Below, piece by piece: positions 36,891 to 51,409 of a DNA stretch of 64,000 nucleotides (its first letter is position 1; every line of letters starts with the position of its first letter). Source of the stretch: Spongospora subterranea f. sp. subterranea (lineage: Eukaryota); NCBI GenBank assembly GCA_049724395.1, contig JAUGWO010000107.1, positions 124,001-188,000 on the forward strand, in the 5' to 3' direction. Position numbers and translations under genes: made by a program. The notes under the pieces were generated by a model. It saw only the letters and a list, made by a program, of their open reading frames with translations, did not search any database and was not told the origin of the DNA.

Positions 36891-37773
36891 ATGTCGAGAG
36901 CGTCGGCGGCCGTTACTGGCATTTGCAGCTCGGTCAAATCAATTAAGATTAGCCAGGATCAGAAGAAAAGACATGAGTCGAAAAGATATATGAATATTGG
37001 GCCGTTGACAAACACAGGGCGAACAATGAAAGACGTTAAGAAAGTCGAGAAGCGTAGGCTCGTGAAACGGTGATCATGGTGTCACGACTGATTTTGCTTT
37101 AGCGGTGAGAATTGGGGAAATATTCAAAAGAATTTCATGCAATGAAGTTCATCAACTACTGCATGATAATTTGGATGCTAACGAGTCGATATACCAACTT
37201 GATGACATTGATGGATCAGGCGAGTCACCACGCTCTGAATCCAAGGCTTGTTCATTGGGAAGGCCAACAGCTGATCGCGTGGTGCAACTGGAAAAATCGG
37301 CTGCAGAAGAAGGGGCACTGGCGCCGTTTTACCTGCTCGATATTCGCCCGGTATCTGCATTTGCTGAGGCTCATATATCAAAAGCTCGCTCGTACCAAAT
37401 GCTGGATCTACGGCGCGACCGAATGACCACCGAAATTGTCAGGTTTAAACAGGATGAAACACGACCTATTATCGTATATTCGGACAATGAACGAGAAGCA
37501 ATGGAGACGGGAACTTTGCTGGTTCAGAAACACTTTCCCAACATTAGCATCCTGTCTACGAATTTCGAGAAATATGCGGCGCGGTTTCCCGAAGATATCG
37601 TCGGCGAAATTAAAAAAGTGCAAGTGGAAAAAAAGAAGAACACACCAGGTAAATTGTACGTCGCTAAACGCGTCTACAACGCAAACGATGATTACTCAAC
37701 TGTATCCGAAGCATCTCGAACCAGTCGCCGAGGAACAAACTCGATTTCCAGTTTACCATGGCGACCCAGCTAA
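36891..37773 (+). CDS. CEP41: Centrosomal protein CEP41 (rhodanese-like domain)
   Basis: KRYMNIGPLTNTG.T; EIFKRIS..V.QL; PFYLLDIRP..AF..AHI..A.SY; PIIVYSDNE..A...GTLLVQK.F.NI.IL...EKYA..FPE. Confidence 0.85.
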
Positions 37774-37940
37774 AACAGATTAATATTGGCCAGTAAAATT
37801 GATGATTGTATATCCCTGTTCATTCAGCTTTTCAATGGAACAGTTGGCCGGTCTAACAATCTCCATCACCCAAATGGACCAATGTGTGTAGTCTCCGCTA
37901 CGGAGTTATGGCCATTGGAATAACGTATTTTCCTGCAACA

Positions 37941-40614
37941 ATGGAGCAGAACCGCCGCAAACAGCCCACTTGGCATCAGCCCTTGACCTCTCCAGATGCA
38001 AAATGCTTGGCAATCTTCAATAGTTTAACGCTATCGAAGACCCCTTTTGTTCCAATTCAGCCCAATCATGGTACGCCAGTAACGTATGCTGGGCCATATT
38101 ATCGTTAATGATCCTGTTGCAGTATCGTGGTATGCATGCGGGCCGACCGTTTACGATTCTGCCCATCTTGGCCATGCTCGTGCCTACGTCACGTTTGATA
38201 TAATTCGACGAATACTCCAGGATTATTTCAATTACAACATTACTTATGTGATGAACATCACTGATGTTGATGATAAGATTATTTTGCGGGCACGTCGAAA
38301 TCATCTTTTCGACGAGTATTCTCGCAAGGCAGAAGGTGATGTTGATTTAATCAAGCTTGACGCTGAAAAGGCGTTCGGTAATGCTATTTCGTCGCTGCAT
38401 GGGAAAATTGAACGCTTCGAGACGCTGGCAAAGGAATCTAACAACAAACGCCGGTAATAACCTATGAATCTTACTTGAATCATTGTATAATCTGTTCTAT
38501 AAAGTGAGGAAGAGTTTGTTGGCAAGATCGACGAGGAAAAAAAACGCCTTGAGAGGCTGTTACAAGATAAGGCGAAATTCGATGGTGGATCTACTGCTTC
38601 AGAACTGTTGACATCGGGAAGGGAGGTGATCTCAGCCTGGCTTGACGAGCAATTTGGATCGCAAATCAAGGATCATGGCATATTCCGCAAACATGCGGCC
38701 GCATTCGAGGCCGAATTTCTGAGTGATATGGCAGAGCTGAACGTTAGAGAGCCGGATGTTCTGACACGAGTTAGTGAATATGTCGATAAGATTGAGGCGT
38801 TTGTTGCAGAATTAATAGAGAAAGGTTCTCAATCAGCATGGCTCCTTTATTTTTATCAAATCGTTAAGTGTGCTAGTTCAGGGTTTGCTTATGAGACAAA
38901 CGGGTCCGTTTATTTCGACGTCGAGAAGTTTTCTTCAACGCCGGGATGCTCTTACGCGAAGCTCTGCCCATGGTCTGTTGGGAATGAGGCGCTTCAAGAA
39001 GAAGGTGAAGGTCAGTTGAAGGCATCGGATGCAAAGAAGAGTCGCCACGATTTTGCTTTATGGAAGAAATCTAAAGCGGGAGAGCCCTCTTGGCATTCTC
39101 GTTGGGGTGATGGCCGCCCTGGTTGGCATATTGAATGTATCAATATTAGTGTACTTCGCCCTGCCCTGTAGTCATCTCTTTAATTTGCAGGCTCTGTTAT
39201 GGCGTCCGATGTGCTGGGACAACAGTTTGATATTCATTCCGGTGGAGAAGATCTCAAATTTCCGCACGTAAAAGTTCTGATGATCCTATTCCGGTTGGTT
39301 TCTAATTTTGTTGCAGCATGATAATGAGTTGGCGCAATCAGAAGCTTTTTTTGGCTGCCAGCAATGGGTCAATTACTTCATGCACGCTGGGCATCTCTCT
39401 ATTGACGGATTGAAAATGTCGAAGTCGCTGAAAAACTTCGTCACGATTCGCGAAGCGCTCAATGAGTATTCGTCAAGGCAAATTCGGATTTTATTCCTGC
39501 TCCAAGAATGGGATAAACCCATGAGCTGTATGTTGCCCCAATCAGGTTTTCGTTGTTATTCAGCCAATAACGCATATCAACAGTCAATATGCAAAGTCTA
39601 GATGAAGCTGTCACCAAAGAAAAACGCCTGAACGAGTTTTTCATGTCTGCGGATGTACATATTCGTAAAGGCATGTCTGGAAATCAGGTAAGCTATTTCG
39701 TCGTCGCACGTTCTTCTTGGTGGTTCATCAGTGAATGCAGGTCTGCTCACCTGTTGATGAAACCCTTAGGGAGTTGCTGAAATCCACTCAAACTGCCGTT
39801 CACAAGGCTCTGCTGGATAATTTCGATTATCCTTCCGCCATGGCCCAGCTGTTCAATCTTCTAAGCGAAACGAACAAGTATATGGCCAACGATGACGCCA
39901 TGCCCCTTCTGTTGAAGAAGATTGCCTCTTATTTAACTCGAATGATCAGAGTTTTTGGCATTATTCCTGATTCTGAACTCGGCCTCAGCGCCGAAAGTAC
40001 GACCAACAGCAGTGCTGTCACACATGTTCTAGATGCTGTTCGTATTAATGTGGTTCGATATTATTGCGATGGCACTTAGTGGTCTACAGGTTACGGAATT
40101 TCGCAGTAAAATTCGGAATGCAGCGCTCAACGGATCAAATATGAATGAGATCCTCAAGACCTGCGATATGTTCCGGGATACGATTTTACCCGATTTGGGA
40201 GTACGTCTCGAGGATAAACTGGGCAAATCGGTATGGAAACTCGACGACCCTGAGGCCATGCGCAAAGAAAGGGAAGAAGCCGAAAGACAAGCCAACGCGA
40301 AACTTTTAAAAAAACTGGAAGTTAAGCTGATCGTTAAACAGAATGCGTTGAGCCGATTGCAGAAAGATTTGGTGGACCCATCGCTGTTATTCCGGACCGA
40401 TCCGCCCAAGTACGGCGAGTTCGATTCGGAAAACATTCCAACGCTGAAAATCGACGGTACTCCAGTCTCTGATGAACTCCGGACCAAGTTGAAGAAACAG
40501 ATGGCAAAGATACTTGAAAAGTACCAGAAGGCCAATGCTGATCCCGAGATGGCCAATAAACTGGTGGCGGAATGCCACCAGATAACTGAGCATATATCTA
40601 AACTTGCTTTGTAA
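37941..40614 (+). CDS. CARS1: Cytoplasmic-type cysteinyl-tRNA synthetase, multi-exon
   Basis: [20 protein letters not shown] (HIGH-like), [62 protein letters not shown]. Confidence 0.98.
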
Positions 40615-40733
40615 TAAGGTTCATGATCTGGTGACTGCAAATAAATGTCGAAAATAAAGGAAATTTAGGTGATCGATGATGCAATGAAAAATAGCAGTTG
40701 TCTCTTTAAGGTATATTATGTAGGTCGACAGTC

Positions 40734-41780
40734 TCATGATGATGTCTCAGATATGGTAAGACAAATCGCCATAAGGAACATGCCAGCAAAAACGGACCAA
40801 GTTACGCATCGATCAGTGGGGTCATATCGATGAGCAAGAGGAAGAAGTTCACGAGTCGAAACAAAAACCATCATTCCAGCAACCAAGGCGGAAATCGCAC
40901 CGAATGAGTAGTCCGAAACAAAGATGGACATGAGGACGTTATCCCAAGACCGCACCCAGGAACTCGACACCTCCGCTTGCTGCTGACCAGAGAAACGCCC
41001 TCCATCGGCTTCCTGTGGCGAAGTAGAGTGGCATGGCAACGCAAAGACTGGAAAATAAACAATTAATTGAAAAGCAAGAGGCAAACAATACGAGTTACCC
41101 TTCGAGGACATTGTGAATACCGATGGCAATACTAACTGAAAGGCCACTATTGCAATCGCTGAGCGTAGATATGAATGTGGTCAAACCCTCGGGTCTATTG
41201 AAAGAGATGATCAACATAAAGACAACGAGGATCAAACAGCGTCCAGTATCTTACATATTATGCAAAGCGACAGCCAATGCTGCCACGAGTGACGCTCTCT
41301 TTAGGTTGCGATCGTTTTCCGTTTTGAAAGTCGGCTGACCTTTCTCGAGTTCAACGTCGGTGGACTCTCCAGCAGTGACAGTGACCTCATCTTCGTGATG
41401 AGAGGACTCTCCGACATGATGAACAATCAAATCCAGAACGCCAATCAGCAGCATTCCCAAAAAGAAGAATACCGTCGTATGCAGGAAAGGGCTGGATTTG
41501 ATATCTGTTTTTCCTTCGAAGTATATCTTGAACTTATCTCGCGACTCATCGTAGATCTCAACAAAGGAAACGTACAGCATGACGCCGGCAGATAATCCTA
41601 ATGAAGAAGCCAAAACCATTCGATCATGCAACCTGACGAAGAATGCGGCCATACTCCCGATTGTAGTGGCCAATGAGGCACCAAACGTGAATAGGAATGC
41701 TAAAAGCGTTTCATCATCAAAACCGGAAATAAAACAAGGTGGCGAACGCTACCTGCAGCATATGTTCCATGAGCCCCCAT
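40734..41780 (-). CDS. zupT: ZIP-family zinc transporter (ZupT/ZTP29-like), with +1 frameshift at 40939-40941
   Basis: LASSLGLSAGVMLYVSFVEI, His-rich loop, AVALHN|.PEGL, IAIGIHNVLEG, VAMPLYFATGSR, VAGMMVFVS..ELLP.A..YD. Confidence 0.92.
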
Positions 41781-42532
41781 TAGTTACAGAAGATGAAAAC
41801 GAAAGGTTCACAGTTTAATGAAGAGACCAGCGGAAATCTGACGCTGCAATCACGTCAAACGAAACGATTCGGATTGAAGGATAGAGCGATTCCGGACATC
41901 GGGACGAGAGAGCCCGCTCTGTGGTAAATGGACTGCGTGCGGACTTCGGACTTTCATATAGCAGAGTAACTTGAACCCATTCAATTTGGATTAGCATGTT
42001 CAGCGGGTATGGTATGGGCAAGATAACTTCATCTATGTAGGACTGCGATGACATCCACGATAACAATATGATCAAATCAGCATAAACAACATTTTGTCTG
42101 ATATTTCTCCAAACCGATCATGCTGCAATGCGTTCTCTTTCACGGTTTTGCTGTCGATTTGACGTAGTTCGGTAGGATTTATGATTTTGAAAAGAAACCG
42201 TCCAGGTATTGATCGACTGTAATCATCAATATGACATGAGGGTAGACTGCTACAGACGTCTCTGGTAGTCTATACCACACGTTGAGGTTGTGCGCGCAAT
42301 ATGCACCAATACCACTTGCACCTTAAGCGGCGCAATATTTCAACAAACTGGGGCAAAAAGTGCGTCTGCAGGTGATGTTTTCAGGTTGAGCACTGACACA
42401 ATCAATAATCATCCGCTGATAGAATTACAGGGGATATATCGCTGGACCAGTAATATAGTTTGACCAGACAATAATCGTATGTCGTTTTGGTGGACTGATT
42501 CGAATTGGTTAAACAGTGTATTATGTGGTCAG

Positions 42533-44360
42533 ATGGGATGGCCTTGCTCTGTTTGCACATTCGATAACTCCAACATGGCGGCGACGTCGTGTGAGATCTG
42601 TGCCTCTCCACGTCCTGCCTCCGCCAATGTAATTCAATTGATTTATTGCTGTTTTCCGGCTTCATTCGATCTACATATAGGTTGCTGTCCCATCAAGTTG
42701 GGCCTGTCAACAATGCACATATGAGAATGTCCCATTAGTTCAGGTTTGTGGTATGTGCGGTGGCAGGAGGCCAGGAACGTTATCAGACGATGAAAAGACT
42801 TCGTCAGCACCTAGACAACCGCCTGCGGGTCTGTCCCCAGAAACGTCAAAGCCGAAACCTTCTGCTCCGTCTCAAGCTACTCCATTTACTAAAATGCCGG
42901 ACGCATCTGAGGCTAAACGTCTACTAGAAGAAGCAACAGCCAAAGAAAAACAACGAATTGAGCGCGAGAAAATAGTTCAAGAAAAGGTGAAGGCGGAAAA
43001 GAAAGCAGAGATCGAGAAGCGCCGGTCTGAAATTGCCGCCGAAAAGCGAGAAATAGAAAAACGAAAGTCTAAAGTGCGTCTTGATCTAGTCAAGTCTAGA
43101 TTTGAGGCTGAGAAAAAGCAAGAAGACCTTGTACAGAAGGCTAAAGACAGGAGAATTAAAGCCGAAAGCGCCGCTACTGATATACCTAGGTACGTTGGAG
43201 GACTAATTTGCAGATGCTTGATCAACACTTTCAAATTTATAGTGCTGTTCGTCTATTACATGATCGTTATGGAGTAAACGGATTGAAGGTGCCTTCAATT
43301 GTACAATCAGCAATGAATTGGACTGACGTTTGCTTTTTAGGAAGTTCTGACGTTAATATCCAAGATTGTCAATAATATTCTCACCTCTCCTGAGAATGAA
43401 AAATTCAGAACGCTCAAAATGTCTAGCCCTCTTTACAGGAACCAAATAGAATCACGCCTCGGAGCGACGGCGATCATGTTTGCACTTGGTTTTGAAATCC
43501 GGTCTCTTGAAGATGAAGTCGGAGAGACATTTAATATTCTGTTCTTGCCTATCCCCGACATTGAGTTTTTACGAACAGAGTATAATAAGATGACAGCCTT
43601 TTTGAATAAGCCAGAAACCCGGCTTCCCTCATATCTGACGAACGTCAACGACCTTGGAGATTTGACACTGTATTTTTTGATGTCGTTTCGGAATATTCTT
43701 AACAACATCGTTATCGCTCCAAATTCATCGATTGCCAGGAGGGTATTGCTGCATGGCCCAATCTACATCTGCTTACTGTTTTGATATTCTGCTCATAGAT
43801 TGATTCCCGTTCCGACCTTTTCAACGCTTTCTTCAAGCCGTTCCCGCCATCGGTTTCGATCTTATCCGAGTTCGAGTTCGCATTTCAGGATCCATTTTAT
43901 GTCTGCACTGCTAACGCTCTACTAAATCTCGAAAAAGGACTTCGCGATTTAGATAGGGAAATTGCATCGCGTTTCCGTCAATGCCGTATCGCACAGGCCG
44001 TCAACTATATTCGGGCGCATAACACTTTTGATGCCAGCAGTTCATTAGTCTCGAAAGCCATATCGGCACTAACCAACGTTGTTGGGGATATGCACCAGAC
44101 ACGTCACCATACAATCCCTCTGCGGTCTCTATTTGTCAGTGATTCATTTTTTTCGATGTCCATCATAATGCATAATGGAAGTTTTCAGAATATGACCGGC
44201 CCTATTGATGGTGCAAGAGAGTTTTTGACGTCATTGCATTCTTGATGTAGACCCGGAATCAACCGTGGCGACGGTTCCATACCCATACAAGAATGGTGTT
44301 GAGGTTTATCGTCTAGCATTAGATATCACACAGTTAGCGTGGAAAAAAACCTTAAAGTGA
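42533..44360 (+). CDS. Protein with two RanBP2-type zinc fingers, coiled coil and PUB-like domains
   Basis: WPCSVCTFDN..CEIC and WACQQCTYEN..CGMC. K/E-rich coil. KIVNNILTSPENEKFRTLK.S...Y...I....GA..IM.ALGF (PUB). Frame break near 44240. Confidence 0.8.
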
Positions 44361-44475
44361 ATTTGAATGTGATTGATGACCTATATACGATATCTGAGAC
44401 TTTTCAGGACTAACTAGATGTTTGACCAGAACGATGTATATATATATAAATCTTCGCATTCATACCATGTGCTCA

Positions 44476-45375
44476 TTACTGTGGGGGTTTCCTTCTTTTT
44501 TTGAAAACAACTGGAGGCCTCTCCATTCCTGAAATCGACTTAGATTGAAAGGGTTTACATTGCGATTTGGATTCATTGTGGGGATCTTGGGTCCGGAGCG
44601 CGGGAAGACCGTAATCATTTGCGGCTTCAGCGATCTGCTCCAGATCTGTGAACTGGTCGACGTCAACATATGTTGGCAGTGGTTTGTTTACAGGTGATTG
44701 AGCTTCTTCTTCAAGAGGCTGATTGAGTTCCGCGTGCTATATCAACGTGATGAGAAACAAAAACTTGCAGTGAAAAACAGAAATACCAGGGGAAGTCTCT
44801 TCAACCGGAACGCTCTGCCATTGACCCATACCGGTGTCCTCGTCCAGGGGACCTAAATTAACAACTGCAGGAACTGCTGCGATTATATCAAGATCAGTGT
44901 CGGCTCCAGCCTCGTATCGATCAGGATATTGCGGGGTCTGATGGTAATCGCTCGGTCTGTACTCTGAGAAATTTGACGACGGTTTCCGTTTTGGGACCTG
45001 TTTCGATGCGACCTCGTGATATCCTTGTCCAAATGCAGACGTTGACACGAATCCTCGCTGCGAATCTTGAACCAGTTTTGTAAGAGCATTGTGGTCAATG
45101 GATCTGATTTCCGCCTCTTTATCGAATCTGTCGCGGCGCTGGTCAACCTCACGACGCTTCAATGCTTTTAATTGCTGGCGAAGATTATTATTATGTCGCC
45201 CAGCAGATTCATGTTGTCGTATTTTCTAACGCATCAGGCCGTTAGATAGATAACGGTCAAATTCAAGGTAAGCACCAACAGATGGATTGCCATCAACAAA
45301 AATCTTGCAGACGTTGCACCAATGGCGATCATTGGGTCTAGCCCATGTCGCCGTAGTATTAGGAAGGCGACTCAT
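44476..45375 (-). CDS. U1/matrin-type zinc-finger protein (WBP4/FBP21-like N-terminus)
   Basis: W...RHWCNVCKIFV.GNPS|.IRQHESAGRHNNN; GQWQSV; C-terminal VVFKKRRK. Confidence 0.75.
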
Positions 45376-45799
45376 GGCCTAACGGTTAGACCAGACCACT
45401 CCTTCCTTTCCCTTCGACCTCTCCGCTATATTCGAATAGCACTTCACCGCAAAACACTCCGCGATGGTTTTCTAAACATGTACCGAAGTTATTGATTTCA
45501 AAGAATTCCCTCGCCTACAAAGAAGAACAGCTCATCAGCTGTGACCTCTAAATTATCTTAACCTGGCAATTTGAATGTCTGACCTACTCTTAACCCACGA
45601 ATTAGACCTGAAAATGATACGATAGGTTAGATTATCAGGTTTGGACCCACAACTTCCGCCTTCTTGACCAGAATTTATCGTTAATGCCACTGCCTAACAC
45701 AAGAGCTGCTATGCTGATTGAAAAAGTGTTGTCGCTTTTTACAATACTCGATTTCCAGAATAGCGCGGTCCCGATGTCCGCTACGGGTCCATAAATCCC

Positions 45800-46542
45800 A
45801 TGGCAAATAAAAGGAAACGGCCTGGCCATGAATTAGGATCTTACCAGGGATATTATCAATACAGGCGGGATACCATACAGACAACCGATAGTCGATTACT
45901 CTACCTGGACGGGAGGATACGTAGCCGAATACTGGAAAAGAATTGGCTCGATATCGGGTGTAATGAAGGCCTGTTAACCATTGCTTTAGGTATAGTTTCT
46001 GGTGCCATCGTTTACCCTGTCTCAGCCAGATTTCAGCCCGAACCTTTAATTGCCAATCGATGATCGGCCTTGATATCGATAGTGATCTAATCAACAAGGC
46101 CAACCACAATCTAGAAATGTCACGCCCCGAAGACCATTGCAAGGAAATCAAGTTTATTCAAAGCGATATTGTGTCTCCGATTGAACCTCGTAATTATCAC
46201 AGTCAATTTGGAGTGATTTCATGTTTTAGTGTGTCGAAGTGGATTCATTTGAACTACGGCGACGAAGGTGTTCAGCTGTTATTCAAGCGCATCCACGATT
46301 ACTTGGCGCCTGATGGGATATTTATTCTAGAACCGCAGCCATGGCGATCTTATCGAAAGCGTCGCCATCTGACGCAACGCATCGCTGAACAGTTCCGTAC
46401 ACTGAAACTCAGACCTGACGATTTCGATGGTGAAATTACTGCTTTGGGCTTTGCGTTGATATTATCCTGCAAATCTGTTGAGGCGAAAACCCTTGGATTC
46501 AGAAGACCTATTAAGGTGTTCCAGAAGATGAATAAATCATAA
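45800..46542 (+). CDS. MEPCE: Bin3/MePCE-family RNA methyltransferase, one intron (~45990-46036)
   Basis: GSYQGYYQYR..DSRL, WLDIGCNEG.LTI, IGLDID..LI.KA, FGVISCFSVSKWIHLNYGDEG, GIFILEPQPW.SY, GFRRPI. Confidence 0.92.
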
Positions 46543-46560
46543 ACGCAGAGCCTGGTGTTC

Positions 46561-48983
46561 TTAGGCGCACTGTCACACTTTTCCTGCTGCCTACAGAATA
46601 AGTTATTTCATCGTCTTTGAGGGCATTTTAAACTGCGATGTTCCAACCCTCGCATTAATCATTTCATCGTAGAAATTTGATGAAAAAACTCGAGAATATA
46701 TGATGGCAAAGTCATAGTTTACGATCTTCTTGAGTTTATTGAAGGACTGGCACGGAAACGCCCTGGATACTGTATCACAACATATTGAACTGGATACACA
46801 CTCATGATCGAACTACAGGGAATGAGGGTGAAACCTGACTACTGGTCTTTCGAACGATATATCTGTAAAACCGAAAAACATGTTCAGCTAAATTTGAAGA
46901 TTTCGCAGCAACAACAATACCGAATTCAAACATCTTTTGAACGCGATTTATTATTTTCCCGTTTTCATCGATGTGATCAGGAATAAGCTGTCCCAACCGA
47001 TAAGTTGCAACTCAGTAATCAGCAAACGAACCTACCCGTTTTTGCACGTCAACAATTGTTATATAGCCACGTTCTGAAAACAGATCTGTGTAACTTTTAC
47101 ATTCAGCACTGGGGACGAAAAAAAAAACCTGCGCACCTAGACATATATCAAGAGCAAAAGGTTCTTGAAATATAGGACTTTCAGTGCGGATGATGGCTCG
47201 GCCGAGCAAAGCTTGGCGTCGAATAATTCCCAGAAATTCCCTTTCGATTGTCTCAATCACCCTGTTGAATAATACGTTTCTTGAAACTGCATATGAATCA
47301 ATTCTGACAAGTCAAGTAAACCTACGAATTGTAAACAAACATTCAAAAACTACCTCTTGATGAGATTGTGTCTGGCATTAACGATAACTTCTTTAGGCAA
47401 CGGAATACGTCGAACCATTTCGAATGCGTCATTGGACAGCTCCATTTTGCTCTGATACTCGAGTTCTTGTCGGATTCGTTCTTGAACTTGCTCGATTGGA
47501 CCAACCTAACGAAACTCTGATTTGGCGTATCGGACAAAATAGATTACTGACGCTGTAAATGGAGTCAGATATTGGTTTTTGCATCATTGACATAGACCTT
47601 TGACCTGTCGATAAAATGAAAGTAAAACTTCTCTTTTACAGCTTGCAACGAATCATATACGTCTAGTTTTACAATCAGATATAAAAAATTAGACGTTGTC
47701 TGCACTCAAATATTACGCTCTTTGAATTCTTTATAACGCTTTCGCGCAAGGTAAGGATCCACATCTAGGAGCCGTGAGAAACAATACCTCAAAGATAAGG
47801 GTTGATCATTACCGGTTGGTCGTACTGTAAGCTCTTGTCCAATGCCGGTTTGATGAAACCTAGCAGCAATATGAGTAAACAAATGCACCAACAAGCACCG
47901 AACAATTACAATCTGTTTTGAACCATTACTTGCCGCCCTCGTTTCAACTGCCGTTCCACACTTATATCTTCTTCAACAAAAAGGACCTGATACAAATCAA
48001 AACAAAACATGTGCAATGATGCTATAATAGTCTAACCATAATATGAAATATAGGCCGGGGGAATTTGGAAAAATGTGGAGTGTTTTCATACTTCCGCCGC
48101 AACTCCTGAAAAACTAAATTGAGGAATCTAAAACTCCTCCGGACTCTGTATATGCTAACTCTCATTTTGTCGAACAATATTTTCATGCATTCGCCTTGAA
48201 TACGAGTTCTAAAAAGCAATTCAAAACATATCGGCGACCACATTCAGTGAAAAGCTACCTTGGAAACCCATCAACCAGGCATCCAGAAGAATATTGAGGT
48301 TGCAGCAATTTTTCTAGTAGAAGCTGAACAACAACACGATCGGAAACAAGGTTGCCTGCACATTTGATAGCCTGATGCAGTTAAAAATTTGATAAAAAAA
48401 TTTCGCTAGCCTTATTACATCGACTTCTGACCCCTGCAGCAAGTTGCTGATGACAATCGTATCAGCGGCAATGCCACGCAAACGTTTGATATATCCGCAA
48501 ACAACGCTTTTTCCTGCTCCAGGAGCTCTAAATCCCCAGCCTTAGTAATGAGGCAAACGACAAGACGGACAGTACCAACCCCGATAGCCACATTATATCT
48601 TTTGGGAAAACCTGTTTCAAAAGAATCGTCATCCAACACAATACATCTCGAATTGCATAGTTACGAGGTTCTTTTCTTGATATTTGGTGACAAGATTATT
48701 CCTGTAAAATTTATCAGATTCGTTGATTCAGACATCAGACGATATCTACAAACCAGACAACCCCAAAAATGAGCAAGGCATCTTTGATCTCAAGATTTTG
48801 CGTCTCAACGTGATTGGATCCGGGAAGGCCACTCGATTTTCCCGAGAGTCCCCGGCACCTGTTGCTGCCCAGAACCGCAGCTGGCATCCATCGCAAGCCC
48901 GTCAACGCACACAACCCCAATCTGTTCGCCCTGCTGGTTCTCGCAGGCGTCAGGCGAGGCAATAGCCGTAGGCGGAAGGCCAT
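46561..48983 (-). CDS. Multi-exon hypothetical protein with Arg/Leu-rich, possibly mitochondrial-targeting N-terminus
   Basis: [22 protein letters not shown].. followed by many short minus-strand exons with GT-AG boundaries. 3' end approximate; family not recognised. Confidence 0.55.
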
Positions 48984-49495
48984 GTTTATAGGATAAACAT
49001 GGTTTATATATGTTGGTTGAGACCTATAGCGGGGCCCTTTACGGTAACCACTGTTACCAAACTATCGCACATTATTCACTCCACGTGTACTCCTTATTAA
49101 TACATTTCTCAATAAATCTGCGGTCTCTGTAAACATCACCCGACATTTACCGAAACATTTGAAAAAAAAATCTCTCTGTATGATTCCGATTTATCTCGCG
49201 AACCTTATGAAAAACATCACATATTACCGAGTTGTTTCTGAGTGATCTCAGTTTATCTGGTTTTTATAAACATGTCTGTGAAAACCGACGAATACGTGAA
49301 CTGTTGGAATATATATAATGGCACCGTTATCTGGCAAATGCAGTTGCCGATGATCATACGTCCGATCCATAATCATGGAAGCGGCGGCAGCGGTGCCGGT
49401 GTTGTCATTTCATCACACGGAGTGTCGTGGGAGTTGGGAGGTCGTGCGTGACAAACACTTGATTACCGACAAGCAATACAAGCAGACAACAGAAT

Positions 49496-49942
49496 ATGGC
49501 CGACTCCTTCATGGATTACGAGCATTCTAAGGAGGCGGTGGCGTGCCTGGCCGCATTGAATAGGTCAATGCTTCACAACAGAACGTCCCGAATACTGCAG
49601 TCGCAGCTACGGTTGTTAAAGAGGCGAGAGGAAGATGAAAGACAGGCTCCAACAAATGAATTCGGCAGTCATTTCACAGATGGTGTCCTTGAACCAGCGT
49701 ATGATATTGTGAAATGCACTAGCCTAGGGTGTAAAGGCGTTGTCTCAATTCCTGAAGGACATGATCTATCGGCATCAGCCCCTATTTGCGCCAAATGCAT
49801 TGAGCAAGTGCAGAAAGAGACAAGCAAACAAAAGCGGATGGTTCGGCCACAGTTTAGAATGAATGACAGAGCCCAACCCGTCGTTAATCGTATCACACAA
49901 CAGGAGTTAGAGATTTTGGAAAAGCAGATGAGCCCATGGTGA
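49496..49942 (+). CDS. Small intronless hypothetical protein with a possible Cys4 zinc site
   Basis: 148-aa ATG ORF containing CTSLGC...CAKC. Confidence 0.6.
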   Translation: MADSFMDYEHSKEAVACLAALNRSMLHNRTSRILQSQLRLLKRREEDERQAPTNEFGSHFTDGVLEPAYDIVKCTSLGCKGVVSIPEGHDLSASAPICAKCIEQVQKETSKQKRMVRPQFRMNDRAQPVVNRITQQELEILEKQMSPW

Positions 49943-50214
49943 TTATTATGGACATCTTTATCATCTATATTTTCAATTCTATTGCACTCCTTTTTATTGC
50001 CCAATCCTACACTCATTCCTATTACACACCTCTAACCTATTTTACTACATTCAACATTGCTCAGTCACTATAGTCACTTTCCTGTGTCTGGGATTAGTGT
50101 CGAGTTCAGTTGTGCTGAGAGCTGGAAGTTATTCAACGCTTATCAATGATAATATTACAGTGGTTTCCCGTTAGCTCTATTGACCTTGAGTTTGTCAGCA
50201 TATATGGTACCCAA

Positions 50215-51409
50215 ATGATCAGACGTTTCTTGCCGTTTATGCAGCCTGATGACGCTGCTGAGGGGCAAGTGAGAAAATACCTATTGAATCCATCCCGAAT
50301 GAGAATGATTACATGTGGTCAATGCCCAATAAGTACTCAGCAATACGCTATGAAGCTGCTGCAAAAATTCAGCAATGAGAATCACGACCCTACAACCAGT
50401 AGTATAATGACGTCATCGTTGTTTCCAGCTGATCAAATCGATCACTTGATAACCGTAATGATGGATATTTCGGCCAACGACCACCTGGAATATCAACGTG
50501 AGCTCCTTCAGCTGGTGTTTCGTTCAATGCGAATACTCTCTCGGCAGGTCGCGAAAGTATAGTTCACCCAATCGATTTCTGATCTAATGCGTCAGAAAGA
50601 AAACAGGGAACGTTTCGACGAGCCCAAAATATTGTCATTGCTCAATGCCATGGAATCACACCCAACTCCCTCAATAACAAAAGAATGTGTCAATCGTACG
50701 TATGAATGAATGGTCACTATTGCACAAGAGTTGTCATCTAACGCAGAACATAGTTTTATTAAACCTATGCTATGATGATGGCCCCATGAGCACTCTGATA
50801 AGGTCGAAGAGGTTATCGTCGATCATCTCACTACTACGTAAGGAGGAACAGAGAAATAACCTTGCGTTTATTGATTGAAGTTGTTGAGATTGGGATGATG
50901 AAGAAATCGTTTATGGTGTTGTTGGCACAATACGAAGTATATGCTATGACAAACAAGGAAGGAATGCCATGATCAAAAGCAATGTCATTCAATATCTGAT
51001 CCCACTATTGATGCACGATTCTATGAGGATTCGAGCACGATCAATCGCAGCAATACACAATCTAACAGTGGACGGAGGCATGGGACAAACTATTCAACGC
51101 TATAACGGCCTGGAACTGATTTGTAACCTGTTAAATCCCGAACACAGCAATCACGTTCGGTTATCGGCAGCAGGAACCATACAGAACATCATTTCGGACC
51201 AAGAAACAAAAGACCTTATGTCACGGTTTGAAATTATTGGGAAATTGAGCGCGCTGGTTATTTGCCCCGATATAGCAACTCAAGCTAATGCAATCGGGGC
51301 CCTTTTGAATATGGTCACGGCAGACGGTAGCAGGGAAATATCTTCATATAAAGATACCCTGTCAGCATGCCTCGTGGGCGGCATGATATTCGGTACAGAT
51401 GATCTATAG
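50215..51409 (+). CDS. Armadillo-repeat protein, multi-exon
   Basis: ARM-like helices VIQYLIPLL..IRARSIAAIHNL, GLELICNLL..VRLSAAGTIQNI, IIGKLSALV..TQANAIGALLNM. Confidence 0.75.

Noticed and set aside
46561..48983. Possible 1,3-beta-glucan synthase fragment (FGVVWNNLV.. resembles FAQVWNEII)
   Set aside because: A single short similarity; no multi-TM region or catalytic motifs.
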